Position numbers and translations under genes: made by a program. From the NCBI GenBank assembly GCA_035503915.1, contig DATJSU010000053.1, positions 69,327 through 133,326 of the forward strand: a stretch of DNA of 64,000 nucleotides, in the 5' to 3' direction. Source of the DNA: Acidimicrobiales bacterium (GTDB lineage Bacteria > Actinomycetota > Acidimicrobiia > Acidimicrobiales > Palsa-688). How positions within the stretch are numbered: the first letter of the stretch is position 1; each line of letters starts with the position of its first letter. Below the pieces are notes generated by a model that saw nothing but the letters and a program-made list of their open reading frames with translations, searched no databases and was not told the DNA's origin. Positions 21,586-31,409 of the stretch are shown here, piece by piece.

Positions 21586-22066
21586 CTACAGCTCGAACAG
21601 CCCTGCTGGAACGTCGACCGTCAAGCGCCCGGGCTCCGAGGCGACCACGAAGCGGAGGGGTACGAGGGCGCCAGAGCCGAGGACAAGGAGGTCGCTGGCC
21701 GGGTTGGCCTCGACCGAGAGGACCAAGCCGTGGCGCTGCCCGTCTACCCCGACGACTTCCGAACCGATGATCTCGTGCACCCAGAGCGCCTCCCCGCCCG
21801 CCTTAGGTTCTGCCAACAAGGAAGCACCCGTGAGCGGTTCGGCTCCCTCGCGCGAGGAGATGCCGGCGAAACGCACTACCCACTGGCTCAACTGAGCACC
21901 ACGCCCCGACGCCAGAGGGCGCGCCGTCTCGACGACGAGCGTCCCGTCCCGGGCGTGCAGGGTGGCACCAGGTGCCAGCCGGTCCTCGACGTTGCTGACG
22001 AGCCGGACGACGACTTCACCCCGAAGGCCGTGGGGACGCCCGACATAACCGACCTCGAGGAGCATG
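21586..22066 (-). CDS. rimM: Ribosome maturation factor RimM
   Basis: RimM PRC-barrel signature (GRPHGLRGEVVVR). Start ATG 22066 is preferred. The longer ORF start at 22179 would overlap the KH gene. Confidence 0.8.
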
Positions 22067-22141
22067 CCTCCGCCTGATGCCCTGATAAGCGGCCCCGTCC
22101 CGCCCGGCAGGCCGCTTTGCCGTTGAAGGGGCCGGGGCCCT

Positions 22142-22411
22142 TCAGTCGGCGATGTCGACGAAGACTTCCTCGCCGTCACGGGCTGCGGCGGCCCTGGTCA
22201 CCGCTCTGATCGCTTGCGCGGTGCGGCCGCGCCGGCCGATGACTCGCCCAACGTCGTCAGGGGCTACCTCGAGCCGGAGCCGAACCGCTTGGCCGTCCCC
22301 CCCGCTGGTCACAACCCCGACGGCTTCTGGCTCATCGACGATCTGGCGAGCGAGGTACTCGAGCACCGCACGAGCCGTACCGCCAGGTACCCGGTTGTAA
22401 GGGTCGCTCAC
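22142..22411 (-). CDS. KH-domain RNA-binding protein (Rv2908c/YlqC-like)
   Basis: [15 protein letters not shown] motif. Conserved position between rpsP and rimM. Confidence 0.7.
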   Translation of the reverse strand: MSDPYNRVPGGTARAVLEYLARQIVDEPEAVGVVTSGGDGQAVRLRLEVAPDDVGRVIGRRGRTAQAIRAVTRAAAARDGEEVFVDIAD

Positions 22412-22722
22412 TTGGCTTTACCCGCGGCACCAGCCTTGCCGGCGCGGGCCCCCGCAGGCTCTGGCGCGGGAGCGGGCGCTGTCACAAGGCCTTGCTGCAC
22501 GAGGATCCGCTTCACGCGGTCAGTGGGCTGAGCACCTTCTTTCAGCCAGCGCTCGACGCGATCGGCCCGCAGCACGACCTTGTTCTCCGCTTGGCGCGGG
22601 GCATAACTGCCTATGACCTCGATGAACCGGCCATCCCGGGGCGAGCGGCTGTCCGCTGCGACCAGGCGATAGGTCGGCTGTTTGGTTTTGCCCATCCTCA
22701 TCAGGCGTAGCTTCACTGCCAT
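22408..22722 (-). CDS. rpsP: 30S ribosomal protein S16
   Basis: [21 protein letters not shown] signature; Ala-rich C-terminal tail. Confidence 0.9.
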   Translation of the reverse strand: MAVKLRLMRMGKTKQPTYRLVAADSRSPRDGRFIEVIGSYAPRQAENKVVLRADRVERWLKEGAQPTDRVKRILVQQGLVTAPAPAPEPAGARAGKAGAAGKAK

Positions 22723-22871
22723 GTTCTCGTTGTACCCCTTGTCTGCGCTGCAAGAAGTGCCTAAGTGCCGGCTACCTAGGACCTAAGCGACTCTAGGTTA
22801 GCGGCCCTGCCGCCCCGCCGGCGCAAGGAGCCTGTGGAGCGATGGTGGCGGCGCCGCTTGGCCTTGGGAGC

Positions 22872-24215
22872 TCACCGGCGCTTTTTGCGCTTGGATGCTG
22901 CCTTTTTCGCATTTGCTCGGCGTGACATGGCTGCCAGAGCAGGGACCTGGCGCATGTAGGCCTGGACTTGCTTGAACCGGTCCAGGAGGTCGTTCACGTC
23001 CTGCACGGTCGTGCCGGAGCCCGCGGCGATCCGGGACCGCCGGCTCCCGTTGATGATGGAGGGGTCGGCTCGCTCTGCCTGGGTCATCGAGTGGATGATC
23101 GCTTCGACCGGCTTCAGCATCGAATCGTCGATCTGGGCATCGCGAACTTCCTTCGGGACCATGGGGAGCATCCCGATGAGCCCCGAAAGAGGGCCCATTT
23201 TCTTGACGGACTGCAGCTGGTCGAGGAAATCGTCGAGACCGAAGCGGCCTGCCGCCAGCTTCTCGACTGCTTTTTCGGCGTCCTCGCGCTGGATCGCCTG
23301 CTCCGCCCGGTCGATCAGGGACAGGACGTCGCCCATACCGAGGATGCGCCCCGCCATCCGGTCGGGGTGGAACACCTCGAAATCCTCGATCTTCTCACCA
23401 GTCGAGGCGAACGCGATCGGGCGCCCGACGACTTCCTTCACCGACAGGGCAGCGCCACCGCGGGCGTCGCCGTCGACCTTGGTGAGGATGACGGCGTCGA
23501 GCTCGAGAGCCTTGTGGAAAGCTTCGGCTGTGGTGACCGCGTCCTGGCCTGTCATGGCGTCGATGACGAGGAAGGTGTAATGCGGTTGGACCGCCTCGGC
23601 GATCTGGCGTACTTGGTCCATCATCTCGGCGTCGATGTGGAGGCGCCCGGCGGTGTCCACTATGAGCACGTCGCGCCCGACCCGGACAGCCTCCGCGAGG
23701 CCCTTTTTTGCGACCGTCACGGGGTCTGAGGGCTCGGAAAAGACCGGGACGCTGACTTGGGACCCGAGCACTCGCAGTTGCTCGACAGCTGCAGGGCGCT
23801 GAAGGTCAGCCCCCACGAGGAGCGGGTTACGGCCCTGCTGTTTGAACCACTTTGCCAGCTTGGCGGCCTCTGTCGTCTTCCCTGCGCCCTGCAGGCCCGC
23901 GAGGAGGACGACCGTCGGGGGCCGGGAAGCGTACGTGATCTTGAGCGCGCTGCCGCCAAGGACGCGTACGAGCTCACTATGGACGGCTTTGACTACCTGC
24001 TGGCCCGGGGTGAGGCTGCGGGCGAGGTCCGCCCCGACCAGCTCTGCTCGCAGCCGGGAAACGACGTCCCGCACGACGAGGAGGTTGACGTCTGCTTGCA
24101 GCAGCGCTGTGCGGATCTCCCGGAGAGCCTCGTCGACATCTTCTGGCCCGAGCCGGCCACGGCCGCGGAGGCGGGTGAAAATTCCCTCGAAGCGGTCCGA
24201 CAGCGTCTCGAACAT
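22872..24215 (-). CDS. ffh: Signal recognition particle protein Ffh
   Basis: N, G (GLQGAGKTT) and M domains all present. Confidence 0.9.
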   Translation of the reverse strand: MFETLSDRFEGIFTRLRGRGRLGPEDVDEALREIRTALLQADVNLLVVRDVVSRLRAELVGADLARSLTPGQQVVKAVHSELVRVLGGSALKITYASRPPTVVLLAGLQGAGKTTEAAKLAKWFKQQGRNPLLVGADLQRPAAVEQLRVLGSQVSVPVFSEPSDPVTVAKKGLAEAVRVGRDVLIVDTAGRLHIDAEMMDQVRQIAEAVQPHYTFLVIDAMTGQDAVTTAEAFHKALELDAVILTKVDGDARGGAALSVKEVVGRPIAFASTGEKIEDFEVFHPDRMAGRILGMGDVLSLIDRAEQAIQREDAEKAVEKLAAGRFGLDDFLDQLQSVKKMGPLSGLIGMLPMVPKEVRDAQIDDSMLKPVEAIIHSMTQAERADPSIINGSRRSRIAAGSGTTVQDVNDLLDRFKQVQAYMRQVPALAAMSRRANAKKAASKRKKRR

Positions 24216-24279
24216 TAGCGGGCCATGCTACCGCCGCCCTCGCCCACGACCGCCCCGACGTCCCGTCCGCTGCGACGCG

Positions 24280-24345
24280 AGCCCCTTTGCAGACCCTGCA
24301 GATATGATGTAGTTTTATATGCTCTCAGTATAATACCTGTTAGCA
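24280..24345. promoter_or_regulatory. AT-rich island with perfect TATAAT hexamer in the divergent ffh / menG intergenic region
   Basis: gatatgatgtagttttatatgctctcagTATAATacc at 24301-24336 stands out strongly against ~70% GC background. It lies between divergently transcribed ffh (start 24215) and menG (start 24398). Confidence 0.3.
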
Positions 24346-24397
24346 GAGCAAGCCGCAGCTTGGCTCGTAGCGCCCAGGGTGCCCTAACCTGCCCCGA

Positions 24398-25171
24398 ATG
24401 GCTGCCGGCCCGTTCGCAGAGCGCCTTGCCACTGCCAACGGGCCCGACCGTCAGCCTGTTCCCGAACTACCCACGGGGGAGCAAAAAGCCCGTCTCGTGC
24501 GCCAGATGTTCGACTCCATCGCCCCCCGCTACGAGGCTCTCAACACCGTCATGACTTTTGGGATGGACAAGGGCTGGCGCCGCAGGTGCGTCGAAGCCCT
24601 CGCTCTCCCAGAAGGTTCGCTGGTGCTCGACGTCGCTTGCGGCACGGGCGACCTGTGCAGGGAACTGTCCCGCCGCGGGCAGCGAGCTGTGGGAGCGGAC
24701 CTATCTCCGGGGATGCTCGCTAAGGCCCGCACGGGCGCACCGCTCCTCCTCGCGGACGCCCTGGCGAGCCCGCTCCGCTCGAGCTCATTTGACGGAGCAG
24801 TGAGCGGCTTTGCCCTTCGCAACGTCGTCGACCTGGGGGCGCTCTTCAGCGAGCTCGCCCGCGTCATAAAACCAGGCGGGCGCGTCTCGCTCCTGGACCT
24901 GAGCGAACCCGATAACCCGCTGTTGCGAGCCGGCCACCGCGTTTGGTCACGTTACGGCGTGACTTTCCTCGGCAAGACGCTTTCTGACGGCGCTGCTTAC
25001 CGCTACCTCCCTCGGAGCCTCGCCTACCTCCCTCCTCCCCACGTCCTCGCAGGTCAACTGGAAATGGCAGGTTTCCTCGCAGCCGAGCACGAGCCGCTGA
25101 GCGGCGGTGTCTGCCGGCTCTTCACCGCCACCCGCTCCACTGGCTGCCCGGCTGGAGGTCGCGCACGATGA
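24398..25171 (+). CDS. menG: Demethylmenaquinone methyltransferase MenG/UbiE
   Basis: UbiE signature QMFDSIAPRYEALN plus SAM-binding motif LDVACGTGD. Confidence 0.85.
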   Translation: MAAGPFAERLATANGPDRQPVPELPTGEQKARLVRQMFDSIAPRYEALNTVMTFGMDKGWRRRCVEALALPEGSLVLDVACGTGDLCRELSRRGQRAVGADLSPGMLAKARTGAPLLLADALASPLRSSSFDGAVSGFALRNVVDLGALFSELARVIKPGGRVSLLDLSEPDNPLLRAGHRVWSRYGVTFLGKTLSDGAAYRYLPRSLAYLPPPHVLAGQLEMAGFLAAEHEPLSGGVCRLFTATRSTGCPAGGRAR

Positions 25172-25181
25172 TGGCACCCGT

Positions 25182-26582
25182 ATGACCCTCACCTCCGGTA
25201 CCTCCCACAAGGCTGCCGAAAAGACGACGACGCTCAGGCGCGCCGCCCAGCTACGAAGCTTCACAACCCGCCTACCCGCCGAGGCGCTGCCCGACCTGGT
25301 CCGTGCCGGGGGGGCACCCGATCGCTGGCTCTGGAAGACCACCGACCTGGCTCTCCTCGGGGTCGGCGAGGCACTCAGGATCCCCCTTGGCGGCGATGCC
25401 GGGCCCGACGACAGTGCGGACGGCGCCGGCTGGACCGCCTCGAGCAATGCCACTTTCGTCGCCAACGTGCTCCAATCGCTGCAGGTCGGAGACGACCCTG
25501 CGCCGGCAACGGGGCCGGTGGCGATGGGCGCGCTACCCTACGACCCCGGTCGGCCTGGCCACCTGAGCATCCCGAGCCTGCTCCTGGCATCCGACAACGC
25601 CTCGATCTGGGCAACCAGGCTCTTCGACGCTTCATCAACAATGCCCGGCGACCAAGCCGGCAGGGCCATCGAGGCCGAAGTCCGCGATCTTGCCAACGGC
25701 GCGGACGTAGGCGAGCTACCCGACCGGTTCGAGCTACTAGCGAGCATGCCCCACGGAGAGTGGAAGCGTTTGGTCAAACGAGCTGTCAGGGACATGGAGC
25801 GCGGTGGGCTCGACAAGGTGGTCGTCGCCCGAAAGGTCGACATCAGCGCGAACCGCCCGTTCGTCGTGGCTGAAGTGCTCGCTCGCCTGTCCTACCTCTA
25901 CCCCTCGTGCACGATCTTCCACGTCGAAGGCTTCCTCGGCGCGAGCCCCGAAACTCTTCTGCGCAAGTTGGGGGATGAAGTCGTCAGCACCCCGTTAGCG
26001 GGGACCGTCGCTCGCAGCGGGGACGACGCCACCGACAAGGCTCTTTTGGCAGGCCTGATGGCCTCAGCGAAGGACCGCCGAGAGCACGGCCTCGTCGTTG
26101 ACGCCATCGCTGCGGAGCTTGCCCCGCTGTGCCGCAAGCTCGACGTGCCCGCCGAGCCGTCGGTGCTTGCATTGCGGAACGTCTCGCATCTCGCGACGCA
26201 CATAAGCGGGCAACTTCGCCCTCAAAGCGTTGGGCAGGGACCTGGTAGCGCGGTTGGCGGAGACGGCCTGCCAAGCGCCCTCCAGCTCGCAGCCCTGCTC
26301 CACCCGACCCCTGCGGTTGGCGGTCACCCGACCGAGGCGGCCCTTGACTGGCAGCGCTCCTACGAAGGCTTCGACCGCGGCCGGTACGCAGGGCCGGTGG
26401 GCTGGGTTGACCGCCATGGCAACGGCGACTGGGCGCTCGGCCTCCGGAGCGCAACGATCCGGGGCGCTACCGCTGCCCTCTACGCGGGCAACGGGATCGT
26501 GCCTGGGTCAGACCCCGACGCCGAGCTCGGCGAAACCCAGCTCAAGTTGCAAGCGCTCCTCGCTGCCATGGTGCGCCCCTAG
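25182..26582 (+). CDS. menF: Isochorismate synthase MenF
   Basis: Chorismate-binding C-terminal domain (GLRSATI...YAGNGIV..SDP..E..ETQLK). Start ATG 25182, just after the menG stop; the ORF track start at 25107 overlaps menG. Confidence 0.8.
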   Translation: MTLTSGTSHKAAEKTTTLRRAAQLRSFTTRLPAEALPDLVRAGGAPDRWLWKTTDLALLGVGEALRIPLGGDAGPDDSADGAGWTASSNATFVANVLQSLQVGDDPAPATGPVAMGALPYDPGRPGHLSIPSLLLASDNASIWATRLFDASSTMPGDQAGRAIEAEVRDLANGADVGELPDRFELLASMPHGEWKRLVKRAVRDMERGGLDKVVVARKVDISANRPFVVAEVLARLSYLYPSCTIFHVEGFLGASPETLLRKLGDEVVSTPLAGTVARSGDDATDKALLAGLMASAKDRREHGLVVDAIAAELAPLCRKLDVPAEPSVLALRNVSHLATHISGQLRPQSVGQGPGSAVGGDGLPSALQLAALLHPTPAVGGHPTEAALDWQRSYEGFDRGRYAGPVGWVDRHGNGDWALGLRSATIRGATAALYAGNGIVPGSDPDAELGETQLKLQALLAAMVRP

Positions 26583-26586
26583 CCCT

Positions 26587-28389
26587 TCACGCAAGCGGCG
26601 GGGTAAGGGGGCCGGGCGCGACCGAGCCGACAGCGGCCACGACTGCTTCGTGAAGTTGCTTGTGGACAGCCACGTTCCCTCCGCGCTCGACTGGCACGAC
26701 GATCACCCTCACACCACCGGGCGTCGGGATGCTCAGCGCCTCGAGGAGCCCCCGGACATCGTGCACGCGTTGCGAGGAGGCCCCGAAGCTTTCGGCGACT
26801 TCGCAAAGGTCAAGCCCGTGGGGAGTGCCCCAGAGCCGTTCGAACCTTTCCGCTGGCTGAGCATGAGCCTGGGGCAGGAAGTTAAAAATCCCTCCCCCGT
26901 TGTTGTCGACCACCACCACGTCCAGGCGGGCCCCCAGCCGGCTCGCAAAGGCCAAAGAACCCGAGTCGTAAATGAACGCCAGGTCGCCCACAAGGGCTAC
27001 GGCCCGCGCCCCCGAGCTCGCCCGGTGAGCTGGCCCGTCCCAAGTGGGCATATCGTTACCCAGGGCGACACCAATTGCGGTCGAAAGCACCCCGTCAATG
27101 CCATTGGCGCCTCGGTTAGCCAAAAAGCGAACGCCTTTGCGGGGTTTAGACCACCACTCGAGGTCCCTCACCGGCATCGACGCCGACACCATGAGAACCG
27201 ACCCCTCTGGCAACCAGGCAACCAGCTCCCTCGCGAGCGCCGGCTCGCTGACCGTGGCCACTTGGCCGAGGACTTGGCCGATCGCCTCTTGAGCGAGGCG
27301 CTCGGCGAACGCCCACTGCTCGGCCCAACCCCGGTCGCTGGGGCCCCGTACGGCGGCGGCCACCTGCCTGCAAACTGTCCCCGGGCTCGCCGGGACGATC
27401 AGCTCCGGCCGGCGGTCCGGAGCTGCCCAGGAGCCCCAACGGTCGACGAGCACCTGCGGGCAGGGGAGCTCGGCGAGCCACCCGTTGACGACCCGCGAGA
27501 GCCATGGAGCGCCGAGGCGCAAGACCATTGCGGGCTCCCAGGCGCGCACCGACGGCACCCGGAGGAGAGCGTCAGCGGAGGCGATGGCGCCCGGCCATCG
27601 GCACCCGCTCAGCGGATCTGCCAGGACCGGCCAACCCGCTGCTTGCGAAAGCTCGAAGACCTCGGAAGGAGCGTCGGTCCCCGGGCCGGCGATCACCAAG
27701 GCGTGGGTGCCAGCTCTGGCCAACATAGCGACGACCTCTTCTGAGGCCGGCTGTGGACCTGGCGGGGCCACGGAATGCCAAGGTGAGCCCCCAGGACGCC
27801 CGGCGAACGCGGCGCCCGCCCCGGCGGGGCCGACCAGGGGTTCCCTGAAGGCGAGGTTTAGGTGGACAGGGCCTGGGCCACGGGCGCCACCAAGGGCCTC
27901 GGCAAACGCGCGTGAGGCGAGGGACCGCCAGGAACCCGAAGCCGCCATCTCCGCTACTCCCGGCGAGGCCTCCCATCGAGTTGCCGAGCCAAATATGCCG
28001 GTCTGCGGCACGGTCTGGGGCGCACCACAACCGTGAAGTTCGGGCGGGCGGTCCGCCGTCACCACGAGCAGCGGCGTACCGCTTTGGTCGGCCTCGACGA
28101 CGGCAGGGTGTAACTCAACAGCGGCTGTCCCGCTCGTCGTGAGCACGACCGCAGGTCGCCCCGCAGCCCGGCCCAGGCCGAGGGCGATAAAACCGGCCGA
28201 ACGCTCGTCGAGCACCACATGCAACCGCAGCGCCCCTTCCTCCGCTCTTTCGGCGAGGGCGACCAGCATCGGCGTCGAGCGCGAACCAGGTGCTACCACC
28301 GCATCGGTTACCCCCGCCCGTGCCCATTCGTCCACCAGCACCGCGGCAAACGCAGCCTGGGTATCGTTGTCGAGCGGGGAACTGGTCAT
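26587..28389 (-). CDS. menD: 2-succinyl-5-enolpyruvyl-6-hydroxy-3-cyclohexene-1-carboxylate synthase MenD (TPP-dependent)
   Basis: MenD N-terminal TPP-Pyr domain and C-terminal GDLAFIYD TPP-binding motif. Start at MTSSPLDND (ATG 28389); the ORF track's 157 extra N-terminal residues are unlikely. Confidence 0.85.
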   Translation of the reverse strand: MTSSPLDNDTQAAFAAVLVDEWARAGVTDAVVAPGSRSTPMLVALAERAEEGALRLHVVLDERSAGFIALGLGRAAGRPAVVLTTSGTAAVELHPAVVEADQSGTPLLVVTADRPPELHGCGAPQTVPQTGIFGSATRWEASPGVAEMAASGSWRSLASRAFAEALGGARGPGPVHLNLAFREPLVGPAGAGAAFAGRPGGSPWHSVAPPGPQPASEEVVAMLARAGTHALVIAGPGTDAPSEVFELSQAAGWPVLADPLSGCRWPGAIASADALLRVPSVRAWEPAMVLRLGAPWLSRVVNGWLAELPCPQVLVDRWGSWAAPDRRPELIVPASPGTVCRQVAAAVRGPSDRGWAEQWAFAERLAQEAIGQVLGQVATVSEPALARELVAWLPEGSVLMVSASMPVRDLEWWSKPRKGVRFLANRGANGIDGVLSTAIGVALGNDMPTWDGPAHRASSGARAVALVGDLAFIYDSGSLAFASRLGARLDVVVVDNNGGGIFNFLPQAHAQPAERFERLWGTPHGLDLCEVAESFGASSQRVHDVRGLLEALSIPTPGGVRVIVVPVERGGNVAVHKQLHEAVVAAVGSVAPGPLTPPLA

Positions 28390-28419
28390 CAGGGCGAGAA
28401 GACTACAGCCAGGCAGACT

Positions 28420-29241
28420 ATGGAACTTTGGAGCCGGCTGATCGGCGAGTGCGGGCAAGCGGGCACGGTGCCACTGGTCCTGCTGCATGGGTTCACCCAG
28501 ACCAACAGCTCTTGGTCCCCATTGCTCGGTGCGATCGAGCACGCGGCCCCAGGTGTAGGCATTCTCGTGCCCGACGCGCCCGGCCACGGGGGCTCGGCAA
28601 CGGTTGAAGCCGACCTCTGGGAGACCGCGCGAATGCTCTCTCAGCTGGTGCAGGACCGCTGCGACGGTGCCGCCAGTTGGGCCGGGTACTCGATGGGTGG
28701 GCGAACGGCTCTCCACGTCGCCCTTGCCTTCCCTCGTCAAGTCGAGCGCCTGGTACTGATCAGCGGCACCGCCGGTATCGACGACCCACAAGAGCGCGAG
28801 GCCCGCCGACGGGCAGACAATGAGCGCGCCGAGGCGATCGAGCGGGAGGGCGTCGACCATTTCCTCACCGACTGGCTGAGCCAGCCCCTCTTTGCCACGC
28901 TCGAGCCAAAGCGCTCAGACCTCCAGGACCGCCGTCAGAACACCGCCGCCGGGCTGGCATCGAGCCTTCGCAAGGCCGGGGCGGGGGCTCAGGGAACTCT
29001 TTGGCCACGTTTGCACGAGCTTGGCGGGCGCAGCCTCCCGACGCTCGTGATAGCTGGGGCGCTCGACGAGAGGTACAGCGCGATCGCAAGGCGCTTGGTG
29101 GCTGGGATCGGGCAGAGCGCCGAGCTCTACCTGGTAGAGGGCGCCGGGCACGCTTGCCACCTCGAAAAGCCGGAGGAAGTCGGCGGCCTCATTGGGGAGT
29201 TCTGCCGGCGCCCGCAGCGCCTGAAGCGTGCTCCCGGCTAG
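28420..29241 (+). CDS. menH: 2-succinyl-6-hydroxy-2,4-cyclohexadiene-1-carboxylate synthase MenH (alpha/beta hydrolase)
   Basis: Alpha/beta-hydrolase fold with GYSMGG nucleophile elbow, in men-cluster context. Start at MELWSRL (ATG 28420). Confidence 0.7.
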   Translation: MELWSRLIGECGQAGTVPLVLLHGFTQTNSSWSPLLGAIEHAAPGVGILVPDAPGHGGSATVEADLWETARMLSQLVQDRCDGAASWAGYSMGGRTALHVALAFPRQVERLVLISGTAGIDDPQEREARRRADNERAEAIEREGVDHFLTDWLSQPLFATLEPKRSDLQDRRQNTAAGLASSLRKAGAGAQGTLWPRLHELGGRSLPTLVIAGALDERYSAIARRLVAGIGQSAELYLVEGAGHACHLEKPEEVGGLIGEFCRRPQRLKRAPG

Positions 29242-29281
29242 CCAGGGCCACTCAGCACCGGCACCCCGCGCCCGGCTTACC

Positions 29282-30163
29282 TCATAACGCAAGCCCAGCC
29301 GCCACCAGGGCCCCGAGAACAAGCTGCAGTTGGCCAGTCGCACCCAGTACGGGGATGAGGTCCTTCCCACTGGCACCGCCGAGGACGGCACGGGCCGGGC
29401 GGAGGGCGGCTGCGACAGCGGCGAGGGCGATGAGAGCCCAGGGCCGTACGATTGCGATTGGCAGTACCAAAACGATCGCGCCCGTGATGCACGCCAGGTA
29501 GAGCGCTCGGGTCGCGCGGGGCCCTATGCGCACTGCCAGCGTCCGCTTCCCCGCCGCGGTGTCGCCCGGGATGTCCCGGAGGTTGTTGACTACGAGCAAG
29601 CCCACAGCGAGGAGGCCCACTGGGAGCGCCGCGAGCACTTCCAGGACCGTGAGGCGCCCCGTTTGCACGTACGCCGTCCCCGTGGTGGCCACGAGGCCGA
29701 AGAAAATGAAAACGGACACCTCCCCCAAGCCCACGTACCCGTAAGGCTTTGGGCCACCGGTGTAGGCCCATGCTGCAACAACGCAAGCAAACCCCAGGGC
29801 GATGAGCCACCACCCAGCGACGGCCGCGAGAGCGAGCCCGGCTGACCCCGCCACCGCGAAGGCAGCAAGAGCGGCCCGCCTCACCGCGGACGGGCTGGCC
29901 AGGCCCGAGGCGACCAGGCGGACCGGGCCCACCCGGACGCGGTCGCTTCCCCGAACGCCGTCGCTGTAGTCGTTGGCGTAGTTCACACCCACCTGCATGG
30001 CGACGGCGACAACCCCAGCAAGAACGGCTCGCCACCAAACGGCCTCTCCATAAGCCCCCGCCGCTCCGGTGCCAACGAGAACGGGCACCACGGAGGCGGG
30101 CAAGGTGCGCGGGCGGGCGCCCAGCAACCACGGGTGCTTGGCGGTGCCCGGCGCGACCATCAC
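29282..30163 (-). CDS. menA: 1,4-dihydroxy-2-naphthoate polyprenyltransferase MenA
   Basis: UbiA-family multi-transmembrane protein with NDYSDGVRGSD motif, in men-cluster context. Confidence 0.85.
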   Translation of the reverse strand: MMVAPGTAKHPWLLGARPRTLPASVVPVLVGTGAAGAYGEAVWWRAVLAGVVAVAMQVGVNYANDYSDGVRGSDRVRVGPVRLVASGLASPSAVRRAALAAFAVAGSAGLALAAVAGWWLIALGFACVVAAWAYTGGPKPYGYVGLGEVSVFIFFGLVATTGTAYVQTGRLTVLEVLAALPVGLLAVGLLVVNNLRDIPGDTAAGKRTLAVRIGPRATRALYLACITGAIVLVLPIAIVRPWALIALAAVAAALRPARAVLGGASGKDLIPVLGATGQLQLVLGALVAAGLAL

Positions 30164-30269
30164 GGGCAGACGCTACCGTGCTTTGCCCACAGGGCCAGTT
30201 GACAAGCCGCTGCGGTGGCCCTAGCGACCGCAGCGCCTCTCCCGCCCCGCAAGCGGCAAACTGGCGCCC

Positions 30270-31409
30270 ATGGCTGAACTGGTGGCCCTCGACCTACCGG
30301 GCGGCGCGGCCTTCGTGAGAGCGGTCCTGGAGACCTGGAGCGCCGGCAACGCAGTCGCCCCCATCGACCGCCGCCTCGCTCCGGCCGCCCGCGAGCGCCT
30401 GCTGGAAGCCCTCGCGCCGTCTCGCACAGTGACGCCAACCGGGACTTTCACACACTCAGCCGGACGCCCGGTCCAAGACGGCGACGCAGTAGTCATGGCA
30501 ACGGGCGGGAGCACCGGGGAGCCCAAGGGAGCCGTCCTTACGCACGAGGCCGTGGCGGCTTCAGCTCGCGCAACCTCCGAGCGCCTCGGCGCCGACCCGC
30601 GCCGGCACCGCTGGGTCGCCTGCCTCCCCCTCAGCCACATCGGTGGCTTCTCGGTGGTCTCCCGAGCCCTTCTCACCGGTACGCCCCTGGATGTGCATGA
30701 GGGTTTCGACCCGGCCAGGGTCATTGGTGCAGCAGGGCCGGGCACGCTTGTCTCCTTGGTACCGACCGCGCTTTCCCGTGTGGGGGCGGCAGATTTCTAC
30801 AAGGTCCTCCTCGGCGGCTCCGCACCGCCGCCTGATTTGCCGCCCAACGTCGTAACGACCTACGGCATGACCGAGACTGGCAGTGGGGTCGTTTACGACG
30901 GGGTGCCCCTAGCGGGCGTCGAAGTGGCGATCGATCGTTCCGGCGAGATCCGTTTGCGGGGGCCGATGCTCTTGCGGGCCTACCGCGACGACACTGTCCC
31001 CTTCGACGGCGAGGGCTGGTTGCCGACCGGCGACCGCGGGTACCTGGACGAGCAAGGTCGGCTCCGAGTGGAAGGGCGCCTTAGCGACATGGTCGTGACG
31101 GGGGGGGAAAACGTATGGCCTCTCGCCGTCGAGCGCGTGCTAGCAGAGCACCCGGGCGTTGCCGAGGTAGCCGTCTCCAGCTGTCCGGACCCGGAATGGG
31201 GAGAGCGGCTCGTGGCATGCGTTGTGCCCCTCGACGAGCACCATCCCCCGTCGCTGCCCGAGCTCCGCGCGCTGGTGAAAGACCACCTCGCGCCCTTTGC
31301 CGCTCCCAGGGAGCTGCTCTTTTTTAGTGACCTCCCCAAGACCCCGCTCGGCAAGCTTCGCCGCGACGAGCTCCGTCGCCGGCTCTTGCTGCGCTCAGGA
31401 GCGGCGTGA
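30270..31409 (+). CDS. menE: O-succinylbenzoate-CoA ligase MenE (short actinobacterial form)
   Basis: Adenylate-forming enzyme motifs (TGGSTGEPKG, YGMTETG, TGDRGY). Confidence 0.8.
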   Translation: MAELVALDLPGGAAFVRAVLETWSAGNAVAPIDRRLAPAARERLLEALAPSRTVTPTGTFTHSAGRPVQDGDAVVMATGGSTGEPKGAVLTHEAVAASARATSERLGADPRRHRWVACLPLSHIGGFSVVSRALLTGTPLDVHEGFDPARVIGAAGPGTLVSLVPTALSRVGAADFYKVLLGGSAPPPDLPPNVVTTYGMTETGSGVVYDGVPLAGVEVAIDRSGEIRLRGPMLLRAYRDDTVPFDGEGWLPTGDRGYLDEQGRLRVEGRLSDMVVTGGENVWPLAVERVLAEHPGVAEVAVSSCPDPEWGERLVACVVPLDEHHPPSLPELRALVKDHLAPFAAPRELLFFSDLPKTPLGKLRRDELRRRLLLRSGAA

